A stretch of DNA of 63,924 bases, counting the filler, from Lama guanicoe (taxonomy: Eukaryota): the NCBI GenBank assembly GCA_013239625.1. It is 177 parts of 177 records of this genome, joined end to end, with 100 filler letters (N's around TTAATTAATTAA, not from the genome) between each part and the next. Parts side by side here need not be neighbours in the genome. Positions count along the whole stretch, not along the records: positions 38,325 to 38,586 come from PNXV01050254.1; positions 38,687 to 38,948 come from PNXV01050255.1; positions 39,049 to 39,310 come from PNXV01050256.1; positions 39,411 to 39,672 come from PNXV01050257.1; positions 39,773 to 40,034 come from PNXV01050258.1; positions 40,135 to 40,396 come from PNXV01050259.1; positions 40,497 to 40,758 come from PNXV01050260.1; positions 40,859 to 41,120 come from PNXV01050261.1; 169 more parts are not named here. One strand, written 5' to 3'. The notes beneath the pieces were generated by a model. The model was not told the origin of the DNA, did no database searches, and was given only the letters and a program-made list of their open reading frames with translations. How positions within the stretch are numbered: position 1 is the stretch's first letter; each line of letters begins with the position of its first letter. The position numbers were made by a program, and so were the translations under genes. This document shows, piece by piece, positions 38,225-48,721 of this stretch.

Positions 38225-38686
38225 NNNNNNNNNNNNNNNNNNNNNNNNNNNNNNNNNNNNNNNNNNNNTTAATTAATTAANNNNNNNNNNNNNNNNNNNN
38301 NNNNNNNNNNNNNNNNNNNNNNNNAGGGAGAGGACGGGGGCTGGAAGAGTTGAGGCAGCTGAAGACAGTCTCCGAGAGCTCCCTCCTGTGGGGAGTTTCA
38401 CAGGAACCCTTCTGCACAGCGTCACAAATCGTTCCTCTGCCTGACCTCACGTTAGAGATTCACCTCCTTTCTCACAGTCTGCCGGCTGCTGCCCACTCAC
38501 CAAAGCTGAGCCCGAAGGGCCTGCCCCCTCCCTCGGTGGGCAACGTCAGGTCATCCCGAGGTTTTCGTCCCGTTTCAGGGGAGTCGNNNNNNNNNNNNNN
38601 NNNNNNNNNNNNNNNNNNNNNNNNNNNNNNTTAATTAATTAANNNNNNNNNNNNNNNNNNNNNNNNNNNNNNNNNNNNNNNNNNNN

Positions 38687-38790
38687 GTAGAGCTCAGTGG
38701 CCCGAGTACGTGTGCATGAGGTCCTGGGTTCAATCACCAGCCTCTCCATTAAAATAAATAAGTACATCTAATTACCGCCCCGCCCCCGAA
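38687..38790 (+). mobile_element. Vic-1-like SINE adjoining an antisense L1
   Basis: agctcagtgg (A box)...gaggtcctgggttcaatc (B box)...attaaaataaataagtacatctaattaccgcccc. Confidence 0.82.
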
Positions 38791-38948
38791 ATACTGCTTT
38801 GGATCCTTGGGGTGTTTTGTGATTCCTTGCAAATTTCAGGATTGTTTGCTCTATTTATGTGAAAAGTGCCATTGGAATTTTGATAAGAATTGCATGGACT
38901 CTGTGGATCCCTTGAGTGGTACGAACATTTTAACGATATTAATTCTTC
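38791..38948 (-). mobile_element. L1 ORF2 fragment
   Basis: aatttcaggattgtttgctctatttatgtgaaaagtgccattggaattttgataagaattgcat...acattttaacgatattaattcttc. Confidence 0.85.
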
Positions 38949-39410
38949 NNNNNNNNNNNNNNNNNNNNNNNNNNNNNNNNNNNNNNNNNNNNTTAATTAA
39001 TTAANNNNNNNNNNNNNNNNNNNNNNNNNNNNNNNNNNNNNNNNNNNNAGTAGTCAAGTATGGATAAAGAAAAATTAGAAAATAATTAAAATTTAACAAA
39101 CCAATCTATGTTTGGCTACTCACAAACTAAGAAGTGAAACGTAACTTGCCTTAGCCTTGAAATAGGAGTAAAACGGGAACTCAGAAACCTAACTTTGTCA
39201 CTGCTTGTTTGAACTAAACAATTCACACATGTTAAATCTACCAAGAATTAGAGGAGATTAGATTTTTAACGTTACAAAGATTTCCTCACTAAAAAATATT
39301 TCACCTCTCANNNNNNNNNNNNNNNNNNNNNNNNNNNNNNNNNNNNNNNNNNNNTTAATTAATTAANNNNNNNNNNNNNNNNNNNNNNNNNNNNNNNNNN
39401 NNNNNNNNNN

Positions 39411-39672
39411 TACCCCAATCCCGCATCATCTCCCGAAGCCTACATTATCTACACAACCCGCATCATCTCCCAAAGCCCGCATCATCTCTCTAAGCCCAAT
39501 CATCTCCCCAAGCCCAAATCTCCGAAAAGGCACATTAACTCCCCAAGCCAGCATCATTTCCGAAGGCGCATCATGTAGCCGAGCCTGTGTCACATACCCA
39601 AGCCGGCTTAATATCTGCAAGCTCACATCATTTACATAGGCCCGAATCATCTACCCAAGCCAACATGATCTC
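39411..39672. repeat. Minisatellite, ~19-bp unit (AAGCCCGCATCATCTCCCC-like)
   Basis: Repeated cccgcatcatctccc/aagccc units across the contig; same family as 42668-42929. Confidence 0.9.
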
Positions 39673-41220
39673 NNNNNNNNNNNNNNNNNNNNNNNNNNNN
39701 NNNNNNNNNNNNNNNNTTAATTAATTAANNNNNNNNNNNNNNNNNNNNNNNNNNNNNNNNNNNNNNNNNNNNAACCCCCGGAAACAGCCGTAGACTGGAG
39801 GAAACGGGCGATTGCCAAGGCGTAGAGAAGTAGCCGGGCGGTATAACGACCCCCGCCCCACATCACCAGCCCCCACCGCTGTCCGTCTGGGCTGAGCACG
39901 CCTGTGCCCCCGCCACTGCCTGCCCTGGTGTTTGAAGGCAAATTCCAGACGCAATGCTTCCCACCTGTCGCCGAAGGATGGGGTTAAAGCAACCATGCTG
40001 CTATTACCCGCCTCCAAAGAGTAGCAGGATTCTCNNNNNNNNNNNNNNNNNNNNNNNNNNNNNNNNNNNNNNNNNNNNTTAATTAATTAANNNNNNNNNN
40101 NNNNNNNNNNNNNNNNNNNNNNNNNNNNNNNNNNCCAAAGTCCCAGTGACACAGGAGGCAGACGCTTCCTCTTTGGCAGGAGGACAAGGACAAATTTGCA
40201 CAACCACAGCCCCACCAACTGCCCTTTCCATGAGCCAGGTCCCCAGAAAGCACTTTTCATGAATGGCCTCTCTCTGTTCCTACCCTCCTAGGGCCTGAAC
40301 ATCTCTTGACTCCAGTGTACAGGGGAGAAAACTGAGGCTTAAACAGGTAGAGGAACAATGCCTCATGGCACTGCTGGTAGGTGGCCGAGTCACCAANNNN
40401 NNNNNNNNNNNNNNNNNNNNNNNNNNNNNNNNNNNNNNNNTTAATTAATTAANNNNNNNNNNNNNNNNNNNNNNNNNNNNNNNNNNNNNNNNNNNNTGGA
40501 AGTACACAGAAGGATTAGCCACTGCTGATGGCTTTGGTCAAATACATGGAGGTGGGGAGATGAGGGAGTCTCACAGAAGGACCCACCAAGGAAGTGTGCG
40601 CACCTCAAAGGCAGCGCTCCCCATCAGAGTCTACAGGAAATCCAAGGTCAGAAGAACTGCTTTTGTAGCTGGAGTTCGGAGGAGAAATCATTTCACATTC
40701 TTCACCAGTTCCTCCCCTACTGAGCTGGACATTCATTCGCTGATTTAAGTTTGACTGANNNNNNNNNNNNNNNNNNNNNNNNNNNNNNNNNNNNNNNNNN
40801 NNTTAATTAATTAANNNNNNNNNNNNNNNNNNNNNNNNNNNNNNNNNNNNNNNNNNNNCTGCGCTGTAATCACATAATGAAAGGTTCTTTCATGGTGTCC
40901 CTGTACAGGAGGCAGAGATAAAACCAGCTTTGAGGGATGTAAGTCGAGAATCTTAAAGGGAGAGCAGTGCGTGCAACCTTATCTCACAGCTTTCTGACTG
41001 CTGTGTGTCTGGGTTTCAAGCTGGATGTTTTGCTGATGTAGAGCTTTTGCTTGATACATTGTTGGTCCTCCTTCCATGGGATATCGGATACCCAGTACCT
41101 ACTGATTTTTTTGAACAACTNNNNNNNNNNNNNNNNNNNNNNNNNNNNNNNNNNNNNNNNNNNNTTAATTAATTAANNNNNNNNNNNNNNNNNNNNNNNN
41201 NNNNNNNNNNNNNNNNNNNN

Positions 41221-41481
41221 AACTTCAAACCGGCACTAGGAATCAGACTGAGAAACCAGAGTAATTGTTCCTCCTGCAACCGTTCCTTTTGTGCTAGATG
41301 AACGAACGTTTCCGGACATGTTGAGTTCTGAGAGAAAATTGTGTGTTAAAGCCGTCCTTCACCTAGCTTGTGAGGAACACAAAGTTTCTTTTCAGATGGA
41401 AATTCCACTACATACAAATATATGCCGAGGGTCTAGCTCCAACTCGGTTTTACAGTGAAAACTGCAGGAACTTCAAACCGG
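41221..41481. repeat. Satellite DNA monomer, ~248-bp period
   Basis: AACTTCAAACCGG at both 41221-41233 and 41469-41481; collinear with the reverse complement of 48098-48359. Confidence 0.75.
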
Positions 41482-42667
41482 NNNNNNNNNNNNNNNNNNN
41501 NNNNNNNNNNNNNNNNNNNNNNNNNTTAATTAATTAANNNNNNNNNNNNNNNNNNNNNNNNNNNNNNNNNNNNNNNNNNNNCTGTCAGTATATGACTATG
41601 AAAGGCACTGCTATTCTAACTCCATTGTAAATGGAAAAGTAAAGGAATAGAGTTAGCTTTTTTTTCTGGCATGTTATGTCCCAAATACCTCATTCCTTAA
41701 AGCCTTTGTAGAGAATCCCACCCGTTTTTACCTACACAGTGATACTGAAACTCACATTCGTAAATGTAACATTGTATCCTCTTTGTGTATGATGGGAAGG
41801 GTAACTGATTCAAATTTTTCAGGGGATCAAGACTTGAAAATCANNNNNNNNNNNNNNNNNNNNNNNNNNNNNNNNNNNNNNNNNNNNTTAATTAATTAAN
41901 NNNNNNNNNNNNNNNNNNNNNNNNNNNNNNNNNNNNNNNNNNNCACTGCCGCCGCTCGGGTGATGCCCGTTGATCCAGTCTGACCAGCAGCATGGCACTG
42001 AGAAAGCAAGTTGCGGGTTTGTTATCCAGGCCTGGGGTGACACCTTTCAGGAGGTCAGCGGACTTTGGGAACTCTGGTACCCCCACGACCAGCTGTCACC
42101 ATTTATTTGGAACCCAGCATAGGCTCAGAGAGGTTACAACTTAGACCTAAATGCCCATCCTCCTTTTGCAAGTGAACACCCAAGGCCTAGAGGGAAGCAT
42201 GCCTGNNNNNNNNNNNNNNNNNNNNNNNNNNNNNNNNNNNNNNNNNNNNTTAATTAATTAANNNNNNNNNNNNNNNNNNNNNNNNNNNNNNNNNNNNNNN
42301 NNNNNAGTGGTTGCAGTTTGTGGAGAATTCCTCACATCTGGAGAATGTTCAGTTATGTGTTTCAGTTCTGAAGTCCTCATGGTCAGCCTGCAGTACTTTA
42401 AGAGGGACACAGGAAAGTGACATCAGAACCAGAAGAGTGAGAGGCCAGCCGGGGTCCTTTTGTGTCTGGCTGCTTTCGTGCTGCATGATGATTTCAAGGC
42501 TTAGCCCCAAGTAGTGAGCATGCACCCTTCATTCCTTCCTTGTCATCATGTCCTTCTTGATTAAAACNNNNNNNNNNNNNNNNNNNNNNNNNNNNNNNNN
42601 NNNNNNNNNNNTTAATTAATTAANNNNNNNNNNNNNNNNNNNNNNNNNNNNNNNNNNNNNNNNNNNN

Positions 42668-42929
42668 TCATCTCCAAAGCCCACGTCATCTTCCCAAGGC
42701 AACGTGATCTCCCCCAACTGGCATCATCTCTCCAAAACAGCATAATCTCTATAAGCCCACATCTCCCAAGCCTGCAGTATCTCCCCAAGCCCACATGATT
42801 TCCAAAAGCCACAACCACATCATCTCCCCCAGCCCGCATCATGTCTGAAGCCTGCATCATATCCACAAGCCCACATCTCTCCAAGCCCACATCATGTCCT
42901 CAAGGTGACATCATGTCCCGGAGCACACA
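42668..42929. repeat. Minisatellite, ~19-bp unit (same family as 39411-39672)
   Basis: aagcccacatcatctcccc-like units throughout. Confidence 0.9.
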
Positions 42930-43554
42930 NNNNNNNNNNNNNNNNNNNNNNNNNNNNNNNNNNNNNNNNNNNNTTAATTAATTAANNNNNNNNNNNNNNN
43001 NNNNNNNNNNNNNNNNNNNNNNNNNNNNNTCTTAGAGGCATTTTTTTTGTGCTCATCTAAAATAACAAAGACCAGTTTTACATGCTGCTGTCTGTCTTTG
43101 TCCATTGTCTCAAAGGCATTTCCTCATGCACCTGCAGCTAACCACTCTTTCAAGTCGCTTGTAACAATGCCACTGAGTGGAGGCATCCTGATCCACTCAC
43201 AGGTCCCTGCTGTCCAGCATTTTCACACTACCAGATACCTACTAAAATAATCCAAGGCATGTTCTGATGTAAATGTTTATTTTTCCCCCAANNNNNNNNN
43301 NNNNNNNNNNNNNNNNNNNNNNNNNNNNNNNNNNNTTAATTAATTAANNNNNNNNNNNNNNNNNNNNNNNNNNNNNNNNNNNNNNNNNNNNTCAAGATAC
43401 ATAAGATGAAGAAACATTTATCCAAGGATATCTGCTGCGTCTACCAAAACTGTCCCAGTAGGGACAGTCTGCGGCTCCCTTCCTCCCACCACCTGCACCC
43501 AGCCTGTCACTTGGGCTGTGAGGGGCCAAGAAGATGGCCCCCCTCTCCCCTCAG

Positions 43555-43628
43555 CTCCCAACCGAGAGCCACTGTACCTCATCGGGAGGGACAGACGCCA
43601 GCGCGAAGTTGAAGAGGGTGAATACCTG
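43555..43628 (+). CDS. Candidate 74-bp internal exon, gene unknown
   Basis: Acceptor ccctctcccctcag, open frame (A)PNREPLYLIGRDRRQREVEEGEYL, donor CTG|gtgagt. Confidence 0.45.
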
Positions 43629-46077
43629 GTGAGTGTGATAGAGGCTGGGGGCTNNNNNNNNNNNNNNNNNNNNNNNNNNNNNNNNNNNNNNNNNNNNTTA
43701 ATTAATTAANNNNNNNNNNNNNNNNNNNNNNNNNNNNNNNNNNNNNNNNNNNNTTGCTAGCTGTCTTCGTGTGTGTGAACTATGACTTAGTTTCTTAATC
43801 TGTTTATGTCCACCCAGCCCTGTGGGCTCCCCTCCCTCAGCTTTGTGAGCCTTCTCTTCTTTCACAAGTACCGTACGTGCCAGCCAGGCCGGACGATGAA
43901 AGGGCCGTGCATTTACGCCGGTGGCTGGCCTGCCGGGGTCTGCCGGGCTGCAGGAGGGTTGTGCCGGGACGCAAAGAGCACCCCAGGGGCGCCACCGTAA
44001 ACACAGACCGGGGACNNNNNNNNNNNNNNNNNNNNNNNNNNNNNNNNNNNNNNNNNNNNTTAATTAATTAANNNNNNNNNNNNNNNNNNNNNNNNNNNNN
44101 NNNNNNNNNNNNNNNATGAGGGCGTTGGGAAGTTTTGGGGAGGGGATGAACAGCAAAGAGGCAACACTTTGTGGAGAGAGAAATTTGAGGAGAAGGGTCA
44201 CTGTGAAATAGTCTCTCCAGAGAGAAGGGGATGTACAAACTAAGATCCTCAAACAAGAAAGAAGTGCGGTAGGATTGCTGGGCGCTGCTGAGAGTCTAAG
44301 TTTTCATCCTGAATTTAAAGTGAAACCATTCGGTATGGTTGTGTGGTTTTCTCCAGCTACAGGTGCAGGTGTGAATANNNNNNNNNNNNNNNNNNNNNNN
44401 NNNNNNNNNNNNNNNNNNNNNTTAATTAATTAANNNNNNNNNNNNNNNNNNNNNNNNNNNNNNNNNNNNNNNNNNNNATAAAAATAAAGCCACAAAGCCA
44501 CCAGGGAGGTCCTCAGATGCTTCGCCATCCTTCTTCGGCTCAGGGCTGTCCTCTAAACTGACTTGTCTATTCAACATCTTTCATTGTTTTAGATAAACAA
44601 AGGTACTCTAGGGGTGTACGCTCAGCCAGTCAGAGACCGCATACCTAGTCAGTGAACGGCCAGGTTTGCTACCCCTGCACAGTCGTGTCACTAGGCAGAG
44701 CCAAGGCCAACACTGCCACCTTGGGGTCAGAGCTTACAGNNNNNNNNNNNNNNNNNNNNNNNNNNNNNNNNNNNNNNNNNNNNTTAATTAATTAANNNNN
44801 NNNNNNNNNNNNNNNNNNNNNNNNNNNNNNNNNNNNNNNACAAAACAGGATGCCAGAGTCAGGCCACTCAGGGCTGGTTACTTGAGCAGCTCAGAGATGG
44901 AGGTGAGAACCCAGCTTAATTCACCTGTTTGGCCTCTTGTGCTGGTTCCCTTCAGGACCGAGGGTGGCTGCCCGAGTTCCTGTACTGACTCTTGGTGTAT
45001 TTCCTTTCAGAGTATTAGAATTAAGACTCCCTTCCTCAGAAACCTTCCTGGAAGATTTGCCCTGTCTCTCCGTGCCCAGTGTGGGCCCTAGAGGGGAACA
45101 ANNNNNNNNNNNNNNNNNNNNNNNNNNNNNNNNNNNNNNNNNNNNTTAATTAATTAANNNNNNNNNNNNNNNNNNNNNNNNNNNNNNNNNNNNNNNNNNN
45201 NAAAAAAAGGAAAAAATAGAAAAAGAAAAAACGAAGGGAATATTTTTATTTCTGCTTATAAATTTTACTAGGGTTATATTTAATTGTATCCTCATGTTTT
45301 GGATTACATGAAGCTTTATTATGTATCAAATGTAAATGAGTATATATTAATCATTTTACTTTACATTCTTATGGAATAAAATTATAGTATATGTAAATGA
45401 TTATTACTGTTGCTAAAGTTTATAAATTTTAGGTGTATCCTTATGAAAATAAAATAAAAAATANNNNNNNNNNNNNNNNNNNNNNNNNNNNNNNNNNNNN
45501 NNNNNNNTTAATTAATTAANNNNNNNNNNNNNNNNNNNNNNNNNNNNNNNNNNNNNNNNNNNNACAGACATTAAAGATATTTGCAATATATAACTTCAAA
45601 CTAAACTTTTTCCTTTAAAAAGGTAAAATGTTTCATGAAATTTGCAATGAAGGGAAACTTTCTTCTTATTATTATTTATTTTTTCCTTTTTCAGTGTTAT
45701 TAGGTAAAATTATTGCAGTTCAACTGCACGTACACATTATATTGCATGTAAATACATATATACAGTACACTGCATATTTTTTTAGTTTTCATATGTGTAT
45801 GAGTTATTGTTTCTAAGAACAGATTNNNNNNNNNNNNNNNNNNNNNNNNNNNNNNNNNNNNNNNNNNNNTTAATTAATTAANNNNNNNNNNNNNNNNNNN
45901 NNNNNNNNNNNNNNNNNNNNNNNNNCCCCTTCCTGTCCCCCTCCCCTTCAGATCCGCCCCTGTCTACTTTACCATGCCTATGCCCATCCCCAGGCAGCTT
46001 GTGATTGGTGAAAGCACAGGCCAGTGGTCCGATGCAACATCCTGCCCTGTATTGTGGCTGTTGTTACTTTGGTCAAG

Positions 46078-46142
46078 GCACCCAGGATCTGAGAAACAGA
46101 GTCACTGTGAAGGATGGGAAATTATCTCCTGAGAGAATTCAG
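46078..46142 (+). CDS. Weak candidate 65-bp exon, gene unknown
   Basis: Strong donor CAG|gtgagt at 46143, weak acceptor ttactttggtcaag; frame (G)TQDLRNRVTVKDGKLSPERIQ. Confidence 0.28.
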
Positions 46143-46287
46143 GTGAGTCCTGACTCCGGGCACAGCCCTTCTTGGAGAAAGAGAGCANNNNNNNNNNNNN
46201 NNNNNNNNNNNNNNNNNNNNNNNNNNNNNNNTTAATTAATTAANNNNNNNNNNNNNNNNNNNNNNNNNNNNNNNNNNNNNNNNNNNN

Positions 46288-46369
46288 GCTTTACAACAAA
46301 TGTTAAAGGACCTTCTCTAGTCATCAAACCGTAAGAGAACAAAAAGAAGGGAAAAAAAGAGAGACCTCA
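46288..46369 (+). mobile_element. L1 ORF1 C-terminus plus inter-ORF piece
   Basis: gct tta caa caa atg tta aag gac ctt ctc tag = ALQQMLKDLL*, then an A-rich tcatcaaacc...gagacct stretch like the L1 inter-ORF spacer. Confidence 0.65.
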
Positions 46370-46545
46370 AAAATTGTTTTGGCTGTTCGGGGTCTTTTGT
46401 GGCTCCTTATAAATTGTGCACTTGTTTGTTCTGGTTCTGTGAGGAGTGTCGCGAGCACTTTGCTGGGGGCTGCAGTGGAGCTGTGGGTTGCTCTGGGCAG
46501 CGTGGCCATTTTGACAGTGCTGATTCTTCCAATCCCAGAGCACAA
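46370..46545 (-). mobile_element. L1 ORF2 fragment, GC-shifted
   Basis: Translates CSGIGRISTVKMATLPRATHSSTAAPSKVLATLLTEPEQTSAQFIRSHKRPRTAKTI; compare recalled L1 ORF2 CSWIGRINIVKMAILPKAIYRFNAIPIKLP...KFIWNHKRPRIAKAIL. Confidence 0.88.
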
Positions 46546-46769
46546 GAAANNNNNNNNNNNNNNNNNNNNNNNNNNNNNNNNNNNNNNNNNNNNTTAATTA
46601 ATTAANNNNNNNNNNNNNNNNNNNNNNNNNNNNNNNNNNNNNNNNNNNNTCGGACAGAGAGTTCCTTTAACAGAGGCTGAGTTCAGGGAGCAGTGCAAAT
46701 GACTCAGCCACCACCCAGACATTCTCGACTGGGGCACCACATAATGACATGAGTCCCAGTTCTCCCAGG

Positions 46770-46911
46770 CAGCAGTTCTCAGACTTTGTGGTCTCATGAT
46801 TCCTTTATACAACTTAAAATTATTAAGAAACCTGAAGAACTTCTGTTTATGTGGGTTATATCCATTGGCATTTACCATATCGGAAATTAAGATATAAATT
46901 TGAAATAGATA
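46770..46911 (+). mobile_element. hAT-Charlie (Charlie1-like) DNA transposon end
   Basis: Starts cagcagttctcagactttgtggtctca...ttaaaattattaag...ctgtttatgtgggttatatc...atttaccatat, a Charlie1-type terminus. Confidence 0.75.
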
Positions 46912-47392
46912 NNNNNNNNNNNNNNNNNNNNNNNNNNNNNNNNNNNNNNNNNNNNTTAATTAATTAANNNNNNNNNNNNNNNNNNNNNNNNNNNNNNNNN
47001 NNNNNNNNNNNGTCAAAGAAAAATGGTTTTGACACGCCAGTTTGACATGGCGTTTCTCCCTTATATGCACCATCACCAATTACCAGGTGCACTCAAAGAA
47101 GAGACGATGGGTCCGTGTACCACCTAAGTCGCCTTGTGTGCCCCAGGAGCTCACGGTCCACACTTCGGGGAGCCCCGAACTGTGACACTCAGTTGCATTT
47201 TGGAATATCAGCTTGCCTCCTCCGATAAACTCAGCTGCGAGCCCGACCCCAGGTGCCAATGTCCCAGAGTCTCNNNNNNNNNNNNNNNNNNNNNNNNNNN
47301 NNNNNNNNNNNNNNNNNTTAATTAATTAANNNNNNNNNNNNNNNNNNNNNNNNNNNNNNNNNNNNNNNNNNNNCCCCAGGTGTGGGATGAGC

Positions 47393-47475
47393 CATTTCTC
47401 CAGGAATCCCTGGCTCTTTTTAATAGGCAGCAATTTAGAAACCAGGATCTGGGCAGTAGGCAGGCTCACTGCTGC
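47393..47475 (-). mobile_element. Old L1 (L1MC-like) 3' fragment
   Basis: atttctccaggaatccctggctctttttaa...tttagaaaccaggatctgggc...gctcactgct. Confidence 0.6.
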
Positions 47476-48097
47476 AGGCGTGCTGAGCACGTGTGCCGAG
47501 CATTTCCAGCCACTCAGCGGAGTCTGCGTAAAGGCAGCTCCACACTCGTTTCACCAGTTACATCATATCTAATTATGGAACATGGGAGGCCCACCCAGAC
47601 CCACGACTCTGGGAGCAAACAGCGAAGCTGGAGAGNNNNNNNNNNNNNNNNNNNNNNNNNNNNNNNNNNNNNNNNNNNNTTAATTAATTAANNNNNNNNN
47701 NNNNNNNNNNNNNNNNNNNNNNNNNNNNNNNNNNNAGACAATCATGGGGAATCAGGGAGAACTCCTGGGCCTGGTCCTTTCCAGTGTGGTTGGGGCGACA
47801 GGACGCAGGCATGCAGGACTCGTCATACTGTTAGACTGTCATTCAAGGCAGCAGAGGCTGGTACAGACTCTTGGATTCAGCTTGTTTCCCTGCCAGAGCC
47901 ACAGGATCTCCGCCAGCAGGGCCATCCCTGCTTCCAGCTCCCAGGCCTTATCTTGATCCAATGCAAAAAGATTTAATCAGAGCAGCCACACATGGTGNNN
48001 NNNNNNNNNNNNNNNNNNNNNNNNNNNNNNNNNNNNNNNNNTTAATTAATTAANNNNNNNNNNNNNNNNNNNNNNNNNNNNNNNNNNNNNNNNNNNN

Positions 48098-48359
48098 TTC
48101 TATCTTCCAGCATTGAAGGTTTAGTGACATTTAGAAACACTCTGATTTCTCAGCATGTTTCTGAAAGCCGGTTTCAAGGAAAAGCGGTTTGCTGTGGAAA
48201 ACCGAGTTGGTACTAATCATCCCCATATATATGAAAGCAGCGGAGTTTCCCTAGTTCAGAAACTCTAGGATTCCTACAAGCTAGGTGATGGTGTGCTTCC
48301 ACACACATACAGACCTGAAAGCAGAGCATGTGGAGAGTCATTATTTCATCCAGCATAAA
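48098..48359. repeat. Diverged satellite monomer, same family as 41221-41481 (opposite strand)
   Basis: Shares the exact 13-mers AAAACCGAGTTGG (48198-48210 vs rc 41439-41451) and ACAAGCTAGGTGA (48276-48288 vs rc 41359-41371) at near-equal spacing, plus gccggttt, tttctcag and ttcatc.agca.aaa. Confidence 0.75.
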
Positions 48360-48459
48360 NNNNNNNNNNNNNNNNNNNNNNNNNNNNNNNNNNNNNNNNN
48401 NNNTTAATTAATTAANNNNNNNNNNNNNNNNNNNNNNNNNNNNNNNNNNNNNNNNNNNN

Positions 48460-48721
48460 ATCTACTCTTGGTGAAGATGTTATGAAGATTGTTGAAATGA
48501 CCAAAAAGGATTTAGAATATTACATAAACTTGATAAAGTGGCAGTAGGGTTTGAGAGAATTGAGCCCAGATTTGAAAGAAGTTTTACAGTGAATAGAGTG
48601 CTATCAAACAGCATTACACATTAGAGGGAAATCACTTGTAAAAGGAAGAGCCAATTGATGCAGCAAGCATCGCTGCTTAATTTTTAGAAATTACCACAGC
48701 CACCCCAGCTTCCAGCAACCA
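48460..48721 (+). mobile_element. Tigger1 (TcMar) transposase 3' fragment
   Basis: atctactcttggtgaagatg...gttgaaatgaccaaaaaggatttagaatattacataaactt...ctatcaaacagcatt...cacagccaccccagcttccagcaacca matches the recalled Tigger1 consensus. Confidence 0.9.

Noticed and set aside
39426..42890. Repetitive ORFs in the 19-bp minisatellite contigs
   Set aside because: The unit length is not a multiple of three and units contain indels; the ORFs are by-products of the repeat.
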